DNA of 64,000 nt from Bdellovibrionota bacterium FG-1 (GTDB taxonomy: Bacteria > Bdellovibrionota > UBA1018): assembly GCA_051382295.1 (NCBI GenBank), contig JBBCAW010000023.1:14372-78371 (forward strand), given 5' to 3'. The position numbers were made by a program, and so were the translations under genes. The number at the start of each line of letters is the position of its first letter. Position 1 is the first letter of the stretch. This document shows positions 18,204-26,810 of the stretch, in pieces. The notes beneath the pieces are model-generated. The model was not told the DNA's origin, searched no databases, and worked only from the letters and a program-made list of their open reading frames with translations.

Positions 18204-19142
18204 ATGGCACGTGGCAATAAAGTTTGGCTCAACGGTAAGATTCTTTCTACCGAGGAGGCTCGAATCAGCCTCTTCACCCATGCATTGCACTACGGTACGG
18301 GTGCTTTCGAGGGGATTCGCGCTTATCAGCAAAGCAAGGGCGGCGGGGCCATCTTTCGCCTCACCGAACATATGGAACGCCTGGTGGAGAGTACCAAGAT
18401 TTTAAACCTCAAACTTGCTTACTCCACAGAAGACCTCTGCAAAGCGGCTGTAGCGACCTGCAAAGCCAACGGGTTTAATGAATGCTATATTCGCCCCTTG
18501 GTTTATATCGGGGACAATCCGTCCTTGGGAGTAAATCCAGGATCTGACCCTGTGGTCGACGTTGCCATTCTCAACTGGGAATGGGGTAAATACCTAGGAG
18601 ACAAGGGTGCGTCCGAAGGCGCTCGTCTGCGCGTTTCAAGTTTTATTCGCCCTCATGTCAACTCGGCCATGACCAAGGGAAAAATCACCGGTCAGTACGT
18701 GAATGGCGTTTTAGCTAAGCGCGAGGCCATCGAAGCCGGATGCGACGAAGCCCTATTGCTCGATCCAGAAGGATTTTTAGCTGAAGGAACCGGCGAAAAC
18801 CTGTTCATGATCAAAAACGGAGTGGTGAAAACCACGCCCCTGACCTCCATTCTCAGCGGGATCACTCGTCAGACGGTGCTTGAGTATTTTGAAAACCAAA
18901 AAATCAAAATCGACGCCACCCGTTTTACCCGCGATGAGCTTTGGTGCGCGGATGAGATTTTCCTCACGGGCACAGCGGCAGAAATTACGCCCGTGCGCGA
19001 AGTCGATGGACGTCTCATTGGCAAGGGCGCCAATGCTGGCAAACCAGGCCCGATCACCTCGAAACTTCAAAAAGACTATACGGCAATGGTTCACGGAGAT
19101 CTTCCAGCTTACGGCAAAAACTGGCTTACTCCGATCGTTTAA
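18204..19142 (+). CDS. ilvE: branched-chain amino acid aminotransferase
   Basis: HALHYGTGAFEGIRAY, YIRP, EGTGENLF, ILSGITR, TGTAAEITP. Confidence 0.95.
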   Translation: MARGNKVWLNGKILSTEEARISLFTHALHYGTGAFEGIRAYQQSKGGGAIFRLTEHMERLVESTKILNLKLAYSTEDLCKAAVATCKANGFNECYIRPLVYIGDNPSLGVNPGSDPVVDVAILNWEWGKYLGDKGASEGARLRVSSFIRPHVNSAMTKGKITGQYVNGVLAKREAIEAGCDEALLLDPEGFLAEGTGENLFMIKNGVVKTTPLTSILSGITRQTVLEYFENQKIKIDATRFTRDELWCADEIFLTGTAAEITPVREVDGRLIGKGANAGKPGPITSKLQKDYTAMVHGDLPAYGKNWLTPIV

Positions 19143-19146
19143 AATC

Positions 19147-19449
19147 GTGCTCATTGGCGTGGGACGTATCGTCCTGGATTTTTACAACAATACCGATCCG
19201 GCCCTCAAACATCGGCAGCTCGATGAACTTTGCATGGATTTGCGAAAAAAATTCAATATTTCCGCGCTTGAAGTGGCCGACTTTGACGACCGTGAACGCT
19301 GTGTGATTGGCTTTGCGGCCGTTATTCCGGAAAACTGGAAAGCCCAAAGCGCCCAAAGCTTGGTCGACAAGATTTGTGAAATGATCGACAAAACCGCCTT
19401 TGCTCGAGTCATGGTTGAAGACTGCGATCTCCTGAGTCACGGAAATTAG
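19147..19449 (+). CDS. DUF503 (YlxP-like) protein
   Basis: GTG start 4 bp after the ilvE stop; VLIGVGRIVL...LRKKFNISALEV..D......IGFA pattern; about 100 aa. Confidence 0.75.
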   Translation: MLIGVGRIVLDFYNNTDPALKHRQLDELCMDLRKKFNISALEVADFDDRERCVIGFAAVIPENWKAQSAQSLVDKICEMIDKTAFARVMVEDCDLLSHGN

Positions 19450-19464
19450 GTTTGGCGCACTTCG

Positions 19465-20238
19465 ATGTCTCGCTTTGATGCTGAGTTTTACAGTCGGTAT
19501 AGGCCTTACTATCCCACGGCACTCTTTGACCCGCTGAAAGAGGCACTGGCCACTACTGGTAGGGTGAAGCCGTATGCAATTGCGGACATCGGCTGCGGCA
19601 CGGGCCACTCGACGGCTTCGCTTTTAGCGAGCGGCATTCAGGCCCACCTCACCGGTGTAGATCCCGACCCTGCGATGCTCGCCAAGGCCCGCGAAATCTG
19701 TCCTCAGGCCTCATATCGGGTGGGCTCGGCGGAGCACACGGGACTGCCGGATGCGGTTTTTAACGCCATTACCGTGGGCTCGGCTTTTCATTGGATGAAT
19801 GCGTCCCAGGCGCGCGAAGAGTTTTTGCGAATTCTGCACCCGGGGGGACTGATCCTGATTTACGAGTATCAGTTTCCGAAGGCGCTTGCGCTACCCGAAC
19901 TCAATGAGTGGATCAGACGCGAATTCAATCTCCGATGGAAAGCGCCTGGGCAAAAACCTCGCGGAAATTTCGCCGAGGTGACTGCGTGTTTTCGCACAGA
20001 CCCGGCGTTTGAGCTTCTGAATGAGGAAAAAGTGCCGATGGTCTTGCCGTTAAATGACCGGGAAATGACAGGGTTAATTTTATCTCAATCGAGGGTGTTA
20101 CATTACGAAAACCAGCTCACCTCCGAGGAAGTACTGGCGTTTCGCGCCCAGGTTTTAGGGCAGATGGCGCGGTTCATGGGGGAACAGCGGGTGAAATTTG
20201 ATTTTAGTCTGCAAGGGAGTTTGTTTGGGGTGAAGTAA
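19465..20238 (+). CDS. class I SAM-dependent methyltransferase
   Basis: YRPYYP, DIGCGTG, GVDPDPAML, AFHW. Confidence 0.9.
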   Translation: MSRFDAEFYSRYRPYYPTALFDPLKEALATTGRVKPYAIADIGCGTGHSTASLLASGIQAHLTGVDPDPAMLAKAREICPQASYRVGSAEHTGLPDAVFNAITVGSAFHWMNASQAREEFLRILHPGGLILIYEYQFPKALALPELNEWIRREFNLRWKAPGQKPRGNFAEVTACFRTDPAFELLNEEKVPMVLPLNDREMTGLILSQSRVLHYENQLTSEEVLAFRAQVLGQMARFMGEQRVKFDFSLQGSLFGVK

Positions 20239-20246
20239 AGATCAAC

Positions 20247-20345
20247 AACACCGACGTCGGTGTTCATTCTTTGAGTCAATGGGCCCCGGTGGGATTTACT
20301 GCCGCGCACAGGCAGTTGGTGCAACTCACTCCGCTGACACCGACG
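20247..20345 (+). repeat. hairpin-repeat family locus C (1 unit) with 18-bp palindrome
   Basis: AACACCGACGTCGGTGTT at 20247-20264; CTGCC-GCGCACA-GGCAG at 20299-20315; leader homologous to locus A. Confidence 0.88.
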
Positions 20346-20444
20346 AGAGCCCTTTTCATCGAATCGAAACTTTTCAACTGTCTAGACATTCGACAAAAAA
20401 CCATGTGCCACACTGGACACACCCGTGAAGGATAACTATTCGAA

Positions 20445-20478
20445 ATGAAAGATGAAAGATGAAAGATGAAAGATGAAA
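20445..20478 (+). repeat. heptamer tandem repeat (ATGAAAG) x ~4.9
   Basis: Read directly from the sequence. Confidence 0.95.
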
Positions 20479-20479
20479 A

Positions 20480-20495
20480 CGGCACGCCTGCTGCA
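20480..20495 (+). promoter_or_regulatory. sigma-54 (-24/-12) promoter
   Basis: CGGCACGCCTGCTGCA (GG-N10-GC), about 47 bp upstream of ATG 20542. Confidence 0.6.
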
Positions 20496-20541
20496 ATATC
20501 TCTTTGTGTAACGAAACTTAAAATTAAAGGAGAGAAGTTTT

Positions 20542-21171
20542 ATGAAGTCCAACAAACTGTTTTCTATTTTGGGTGTAGCTGTCCTCGCAAGCCTCGTCAC
20601 GCAGTCGGCGTATGCAAAAGAACCGTCGTGTTTGCCGTTTTATGCGGCAAGGGCGAGGGGCTCCAACCCAGGCTTTGCCGGAGCCGCCTTCGTCCCGGCA
20701 AGCTTGGGAGGATGGGTGGCTGGTGTATTTGCCGGTGGCCCAGCAGCGTTTGGTGCCTTGACCCTGATAGGTGCGGCAGTCGCGACCCCTATCCTGATTT
20801 CCGAAACGATTCGAAAAAACGAAGCTTCTGAAATGGGATGGATGATCTATGAGTCTTATTTGGGTGGTGGCAAACACCTGGCGAAACTCTTTGACAAAAT
20901 TAAAGGCGATGTTCCTACTCTAATTTATGCGCAACTGGCGCATCTTTTTAAGGTCGCGGATCAAACGCAATATTTCTGCAATGTAAAACCCTACTCTTTC
21001 AATGACCTAAAAAAATCGATTCGCAAAGGAACTTTTCAGCGGGATGTCAGCGCCATTGAACAGACCACTCAACCTAAGCCAGCAGTGGTGGCTGCACAGA
21101 TCAAGGTATTGAACGAAGTCCAACCCGGTTTGACTCCGATCCAAACTACGACCGCAGTGGCTGCAAAATAA
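20542..21171 (+). CDS. hypothetical secreted protein
   Basis: AAGGAG RBS; signal peptide ending AYA; Gly/Ala-rich hydrophobic segment. Confidence 0.8.
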   Translation: MKSNKLFSILGVAVLASLVTQSAYAKEPSCLPFYAARARGSNPGFAGAAFVPASLGGWVAGVFAGGPAAFGALTLIGAAVATPILISETIRKNEASEMGWMIYESYLGGGKHLAKLFDKIKGDVPTLIYAQLAHLFKVADQTQYFCNVKPYSFNDLKKSIRKGTFQRDVSAIEQTTQPKPAVVAAQIKVLNEVQPGLTPIQTTTAVAAK

Positions 21172-21190
21172 ATAGAGTCTATGTCAGACA

Positions 21191-21219
21191 GCGGGGAGAC
21201 CGGATACTCCCCGCGTTTT
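21191..21219. terminator. intrinsic terminator-like hairpin between convergent genes
   Basis: GCGGGGAG-N8-CTCCCCGC followed by GTTTT. Confidence 0.6.
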
Positions 21220-21220
21220 A

Positions 21221-21853
21221 CTACCAATCCTCATCAGGCTTATACTCAAGGCGAGCAGTGCCGTACCGACCCATCAGATCATTTACAATAAAAGCATAAA
21301 CATCCGGGAACCGATCACTTCTAGCGTCCATCGAATGGAGATCAAAGATATCATCCGCAGTATTCAAAACCTCCTGAAAATCGACCAACTTTTGATCAAG
21401 AGCCGCAATGACATCCTGTTTATCCCTTTTGCGAGGTGTATTTGAAAACGCTGAAAATAGCTTTGAAGCAATCACATCTCTGGGGGCAAGATATTGAACC
21501 GAAAGACAAGCGTAATCAGGGCCAAACGAAATCCACTGAGGTGACCGAGGAAGAAAGACAAAAGCAGGTGCCACAAATTGGAGATAGTAACCATTAATCA
21601 GGATCTTTTCACTGCCAAATTCGGCCAGCAAATTCTCAACTATTTTTTTATTATCCGCAGGCTTATGCTTACCTTGAACCACAAGTGAGTCAATATCGGC
21701 AGTGCCCACCGTGTCAGTCATTCCGCCAATCAAAAGTGCGCTTTTTCCAATTATCTTGAGTTCAAATTTTGTTTTGACCAGCAAAGATCCAAATTTTTCA
21801 GTGAGATGCTCATTCATCCTACCAAGGAAGCCCACTATTTCATTTTTTTGCAT
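21221..21853 (-). CDS. DUF6036-like nucleotidyltransferase
   Basis: IIGKSAL...TADID (G-[GS]...DxD pattern), then DVIASKL...RDKQD. Confidence 0.7.
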   Translation of the reverse strand: MQKNEIVGFLGRMNEHLTEKFGSLLVKTKFELKIIGKSALLIGGMTDTVGTADIDSLVVQGKHKPADNKKIVENLLAEFGSEKILINGYYLQFVAPAFVFLPRSPQWISFGPDYACLSVQYLAPRDVIASKLFSAFSNTPRKRDKQDVIAALDQKLVDFQEVLNTADDIFDLHSMDARSDRFPDVYAFIVNDLMGRYGTARLEYKPDEDW

Positions 21854-22541
21854 TCAGACACTCCTGAACAAAATTGGCGATATCAAAAACATCAGATGCC
21901 AGCGATTGTTCATTCTCAATAAGTTCATGCACCCCATAAACTTCCTGCGCGATAGAAATAAGGTTTCGAAGTTGCCATTTTGCCCTCGTAAAGTGATACT
22001 TTTCATTTCTTCCCTCTAGTTGGGCAATTACCCTAATACATAATGTGGATTGATCTACGACTTTTTTTATAAGAAATGGATTATTTCCAATCATCGCAAA
22101 AATTCGGTCCACATTAATTTCCGTGTGCGCTGCTTGAAAAATAAGGGCGGTACAAAACCCCTTATGAAGCCTATCGTCTCCAATAAATCCAAGCGATTGA
22201 GCAAATACTTCTTCAAAAGAAATCGCCTTAAGCACAATCCCGGCTGGCTTACTCAGAAGCACAGCACCAAATCTCACCAAATGCCCAATGAGCTCTTTAA
22301 CTCCGGACGTCTCTTCCTCCTCACTCAATCCGCGAAAAAAATCAGTAATCGGGACATTCAGCCTTTTAGAAAGGATCGCGATATTACCTCCAGAAAGCAC
22401 GCCCTTACAATTTTCAATATAAGAAATCTTAGCCTGAGAAACCCCCAATATTTTTGCGAGGTCCACAGTCGTAAGGCCCTTACTTTTTCTAATGGACTTC
22501 AAATTCTGACTCAGAATTTTTTCATAAGGATGACTAGCCAT
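21840..22541 (-). CDS. XRE-family HTH protein with C-terminal extension
   Basis: NLKSIRKSKGLTTVDLAKILGVSQAKISYIENC HTH; overlaps the downstream gene start; AT-rich. Confidence 0.85.
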   Translation of the reverse strand: MASHPYEKILSQNLKSIRKSKGLTTVDLAKILGVSQAKISYIENCKGVLSGGNIAILSKRLNVPITDFFRGLSEEEETSGVKELIGHLVRFGAVLLSKPAGIVLKAISFEEVFAQSLGFIGDDRLHKGFCTALIFQAAHTEINVDRIFAMIGNNPFLIKKVVDQSTLCIRVIAQLEGRNEKYHFTRAKWQLRNLISIAQEVYGVHELIENEQSLASDVFDIANFVQECLNAKK

Positions 22542-22654
22542 TTTTAAATTATACAATAATCGATCATATTATACAATATTGCATAATTATTCGCTATCTA
22601 TCTAATTTAACAACATATTTCAGCATGCAAATTCATACTATTTATTTTTTCCGA

Positions 22655-22748
22655 CGCTATTGCGCAGGCCTCTCAACCTAAGCCGGCACTGGTCGCTTCA
22701 CAGTTTGACTTCGACCCAAACTACGACCACAGTGACCGCGAAATAAAT
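22655..22748 (+). repeat. diverged duplicate of the 3' end of the 20542..21171 gene
   Basis: Aligns with 21051-21173 (CTCAACCTAAGCC...TTTGACT...CCAAACTACGACC...AAATAAAT) with a 29-nt internal deletion. Confidence 0.88.
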
Positions 22749-22931
22749 TTTTTGCCATCGCTCACTCCCTTGGGAATGCTCATTCCCGTCACAGTCTTCA
22801 TATCCCTCTCCGGCGGGTGAAAAGACTAACTTAACGCAGCGTCAAGTTTCGATCTTAATCTGAGGTTAAGATTTTTCCAAATAATATCAATCTCCTCAGG
22901 CGATGCCAGGAGTCCCCAGCCAATTTCAAAA

Positions 22932-23049
22932 TCGGTGTTCGTTCTCTGAGTCAACGGGATTTACTGCCGCTAGACGGCAGCTCGAGACGCTGACCCGGGA
23001 GTGAACGAGGTTTACTGCCGCGCCCAGGCAGTTGGTGCAACTCACGCCG
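22932..23049 (+). repeat. hairpin-repeat family locus D (2 units, 51-bp period)
   Basis: CTGCC-N7-GGCAG at 22964 and 23015; only the TCGGTGTT half of the leader palindrome is present. Confidence 0.88.
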
Positions 23050-23067
23050 AAGACGATCTCTAAACCC

Positions 23068-23715
23068 CTACTTCCCCGCTGCCGCCGGTACCCGCGCCAC
23101 CACTGGCGCCGTAGCCGCCGCGACTGGAGCTGGCGCATTACCGAAGCCATAAATCGACGCCGTAATGAACACATTGGCGGATTCACTGATGGCACGCGCC
23201 CATCCTGAGTCACTTCGACAGCCCTGCTTTTCCGTAAGGGCGCCGTCAGCGCGCACGAGACGGACGCGAACGGGAGACATACAGCCCTTAAACGGAGTGG
23301 TTGCTCCGCTGAGAGCATTACTCATATGACTCAGCATTTCGCGCGCGGCTTCTGACGGCATGGGAGAAGCCATCGTGGGCTTTTGCGCGCTAACATTCAA
23401 TCCACTGGCCGGAACTCGAGTCGAAACCGTCACATCACCGGGGACAGGCTCAGCCTTTGCCCAAGCGGGAGTGATCGAAATCTGCGCGGGGCCATTGTCT
23501 TTAGCCTGAACATGCAGCAAAAATGTCGCGGGTCCGGACCACTTGTCGTGTGGCCCCGGATATTCAATATAGGCCTCAACATAAGGCGAATTAGCAACAG
23601 TACCATCCAACGATGTTTGAGTCTGTGTGCTCAAACAAGCCGGCCCACTGAGCAGAACAACCCCACAACTACTCACCAAAGCTTTCAACATCCAACCATT
23701 ACGCCAGGCCATCAC
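23068..23715 (-). CDS. hypothetical exported protein or lipoprotein
   Basis: 215 aa ORF with N-terminal hydrophobic stretch and Cys; coupled to the upstream gene. Confidence 0.65.
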   Translation of the reverse strand: MMAWRNGWMLKALVSSCGVVLLSGPACLSTQTQTSLDGTVANSPYVEAYIEYPGPHDKWSGPATFLLHVQAKDNGPAQISITPAWAKAEPVPGDVTVSTRVPASGLNVSAQKPTMASPMPSEAAREMLSHMSNALSGATTPFKGCMSPVRVRLVRADGALTEKQGCRSDSGWARAISESANVFITASIYGFGNAPAPVAAATAPVVARVPAAAGK

Positions 23716-24722
23716 TTGGTCTCCTTTGACGCCACACCAGAAGTACCACTCGAAGCCACGCTTCGAGTTCCCGCCTCAAAAGGCATCTCCTTCATGCATT
23801 TGGCCATCTCAGGATTCCGAAATGCCTTCACCTCACACCCAGGAGGAGTGGTGATCGCGGCCACTGTAGTCGACACCGCCCAGCCCGCCTCGGAGTAAGT
23901 GCCCTGCGTGCACCCCTGGGCATCATTTACGCCCAGACATTTAAGCAGAGGAGCCCAGGTTACCGAAGCATGTTCGCCACCGACACGTCCGAGTTCACAA
24001 GGAGCCCAAGACTGGGCCACCAGCCGAGCGAGCTCGAACTTGGCCCTCGCTGGATTTCGACTCGCAAATTGAACGAAACCCCCGCCAATTTTGAGAATGG
24101 GCTCTGAATTTTCAGCCGCCTGGCTATAAACTCCAATGCCTCGCCAAGCAAGATCAGGCTCATCCGATGAGGGCGGTCTTTGGATTTTTAAACCACGAAC
24201 TTGTTTTTCCATGGTTGCATAAGTGGCTTCCGGAATTTCGCTCCGATGCTGACCGAGCCAGCCAATCAACGAACTTTTTGCACCATGAAACTTATCCATC
24301 ACCATGGCCCACTCCGCCTTGGTGACTCGAGTGTATTCAGGGCCCTCGCCGCAGTATTCAGAAAAAGTGCATTCTTTGCCTGGATCAGCACTCACACTCG
24401 CGGTTGCGGCCGCAGTGACTGGCGCAACAGCCTTACTTGCCACGGGAGCGTCTTGATCCGACTTCTGATCCCGTGAATCCGCGACCTCGTCCTCCACATC
24501 TTTTGCCGTATCTCGGATCCGATGTGATAGCTCTGTACGGTCTTTTTCACCCGACAGACTAGCCACTTTTCGATCCGATGTTTTTTCTGCGGTCTCCGCC
24601 GTTGACGGAGGCCCCGCTACGGGTCGGTGCTTAACGTAATAATAAGCGCCAAAAGCCCCTGCAAAAACAGGAAGAGCAAATGCAATGTAACGTCCAAATT
24701 TAAATTCGCGCATCCTGCGCAT
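23712..24722 (-). CDS. hypothetical membrane-anchored protein
   Basis: 336 aa; N-terminal TM segment; Cys-containing C-terminal domain. Confidence 0.7.
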   Translation of the reverse strand: MRRMREFKFGRYIAFALPVFAGAFGAYYYVKHRPVAGPPSTAETAEKTSDRKVASLSGEKDRTELSHRIRDTAKDVEDEVADSRDQKSDQDAPVASKAVAPVTAAATASVSADPGKECTFSEYCGEGPEYTRVTKAEWAMVMDKFHGAKSSLIGWLGQHRSEIPEATYATMEKQVRGLKIQRPPSSDEPDLAWRGIGVYSQAAENSEPILKIGGGFVQFASRNPARAKFELARLVAQSWAPCELGRVGGEHASVTWAPLLKCLGVNDAQGCTQGTYSEAGWAVSTTVAAITTPPGCEVKAFRNPEMAKCMKEMPFEAGTRSVASSGTSGVASKETK

Positions 24723-24839
24723 AAGGAAATCTCCTCAAATAGAAGTTTAAGGGATCACCCAAAAAAACCAAGCAAAAACCGCTGCCAATAAAATGACTTT
24801 TTAATTCAAATTCATCCGAAAATACGGCACGATGGCAAA

Positions 24840-26777
24840 ATGCTCCGAAGACACTTCCCGTTATTGATGGTTCTCATCATTCTTCTCGCCAATTGCTCCC
24901 ACGGCCCTACCCACAATCCCGTGACTGAAGATCAGGGCGAACTCCCCCCAACAGGCAAAAACATCGAGACAATCGCGATCTTAGGTACGAACGACCTTCA
25001 TGGAGCGCTCGGCTCCGCGCAACTCAAAACCCGAGAGAACGACGGCATAGCCCCCATCGAGTATCAAGCAGGGGGCGTGGCGATGATTGCGTCCTATGTC
25101 AAAATTCTCCGCCAAGAATTTGGCAATCACTTCGTCTGGCTCGATGCAGGTGACGAATTCCAAGGATCCATCGAAAGCAACTTGAATCAAGGGGCACCGA
25201 TGGTCCAATTCTATAACGCATCGGGCGTTCAAGTCGCCACGATCGGCAACCATGAATTTGATTACGGACCCGACAACAGGACGGGAATGTCCCCCCAAGA
25301 CCGCCTAGGTGCCTTGAAGGCGCGGATTTCTGAAGCCCATTACCCATATGTTTCAGCTAATATCGTCAATAAAGCCACGGGGCGCCTCGCAAGCGACCTG
25401 CTTCCCGGCCTTCTGCCCCACGTACTTCTCCCGGTGGGCCGACTGAAACTCGGCGTGATCGGCCTTTCGACTGAAGAAACACCCAAGACCACCTCCAGCA
25501 TCAATATTCAAAATTTGTCCTTTACCGACCTCAAAAACGCGACCCTGAAAGAGGCCCAAGAACTCCGCACTCAGGGTGCTGATCTGGTCGTTATTACGGC
25601 TCATGTGGGCCTGAAATGCGAACAGGGCCGCGCATCTGCCAGCAGCCATATCCGCAAACCCACTGAACACCAAGGTGACTGCGGAAACCGAGACGAAATG
25701 GTCAAGCTTTTAAAGAACCTTCCGGCAGGCACCATAGACGCGGTGGTAGCCGGCCACTCCCATCAGCTCGTTCATCACTGGATCGCGGGAGTGCCCGTCA
25801 TTCAAGGCGGTGCCTATGGCCGTTATTTAAACGTCATTTACTTAAACTATGATCTCAACCAAAAGAAACTCCTCACGGATTTAACTCGTATTGAAGGCCC
25901 CGTGCCGGTCTGTCCCACGGTTTTTCAAAATCAAAATGACTGTAACGGGGATCGCCCCGCCCCGAAAGGGGGACGTGGCCCGCTCGTGGCCTATCAATTT
26001 CATGGCCAAACTCTTTCTGAGGACACTGCCATTGTCGATATGCTGAAGCCGGTATTTGACCAATCCGCCCAAGTCAAAAAACAGGTCATTGCCACCGCCG
26101 CGCGCCCAATTGATCATGATCGTTTCAAAGAGTCCGCACTGGGCAACATCGTGGCCGATGCCATGCGTGACGCTACGGGCGCGCAGGTCGCACTCATGAA
26201 CGCCGGAGGGATTCGTTCCAACTGGGAGCAAGGGGCCATTACCTATGGTGATGTCTTTCGCGCCCTTCCTTTTGACAACACCGTGGTAAAAAGCCAAGTC
26301 ACCGGAAAAGAACTCAAGACCATTATCCGGCTGGCTGAAAGCGGTTCGAGAGGATTCTTTCCATTGGCTGGCGTTAAAGTCCGATTAATTCACCCCGATT
26401 TAGACGCCGCTGCGGATGACCTCAACCAAGACGGCAAAATCGATCCTTGGGAGGTCAATCGTATCCGTTCAATAACACTTGAGGATGGCAGCGAGATTCG
26501 AGATACCTCGAACTATACCTTCGCAACATTAGATTTTCTTTTGACGGGAGGAGATGACCTCGGCTGGATCATGTCCAAGATTCCACTCAACCGCCAGTCC
26601 CCCCCCCCCGCCAGCCTCGTCCGTGACGCCGTGCTGGCGCGACTCCATAAACTGGCCGCAAGCGGCCCCATCAATACAGTTTCGCATCCCATCGTAGACC
26701 CCTCCGACCCTCGTATTAGATTCGAGAAGCCGGCGGTACCCAAGAGGAAAGCCAAACATAAACGCAAACGCCATTGA
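24840..26777 (+). CDS. bifunctional metallophosphatase/5'-nucleotidase lipoprotein
   Basis: NDLHG, DAGDEFQG, GNHEFDYG, AGHSH, NAGGIR, LPFDN; lipobox LANC. Confidence 0.93.
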   Translation: MLRRHFPLLMVLIILLANCSHGPTHNPVTEDQGELPPTGKNIETIAILGTNDLHGALGSAQLKTRENDGIAPIEYQAGGVAMIASYVKILRQEFGNHFVWLDAGDEFQGSIESNLNQGAPMVQFYNASGVQVATIGNHEFDYGPDNRTGMSPQDRLGALKARISEAHYPYVSANIVNKATGRLASDLLPGLLPHVLLPVGRLKLGVIGLSTEETPKTTSSINIQNLSFTDLKNATLKEAQELRTQGADLVVITAHVGLKCEQGRASASSHIRKPTEHQGDCGNRDEMVKLLKNLPAGTIDAVVAGHSHQLVHHWIAGVPVIQGGAYGRYLNVIYLNYDLNQKKLLTDLTRIEGPVPVCPTVFQNQNDCNGDRPAPKGGRGPLVAYQFHGQTLSEDTAIVDMLKPVFDQSAQVKKQVIATAARPIDHDRFKESALGNIVADAMRDATGAQVALMNAGGIRSNWEQGAITYGDVFRALPFDNTVVKSQVTGKELKTIIRLAESGSRGFFPLAGVKVRLIHPDLDAAADDLNQDGKIDPWEVNRIRSITLEDGSEIRDTSNYTFATLDFLLTGGDDLGWIMSKIPLNRQSPPPASLVRDAVLARLHKLAASGPINTVSHPIVDPSDPRIRFEKPAVPKRKAKHKRKRH

Positions 26778-26810
26778 CCAATTCCGGTTGCACCATGTTA
26801 CACTTTTCAC

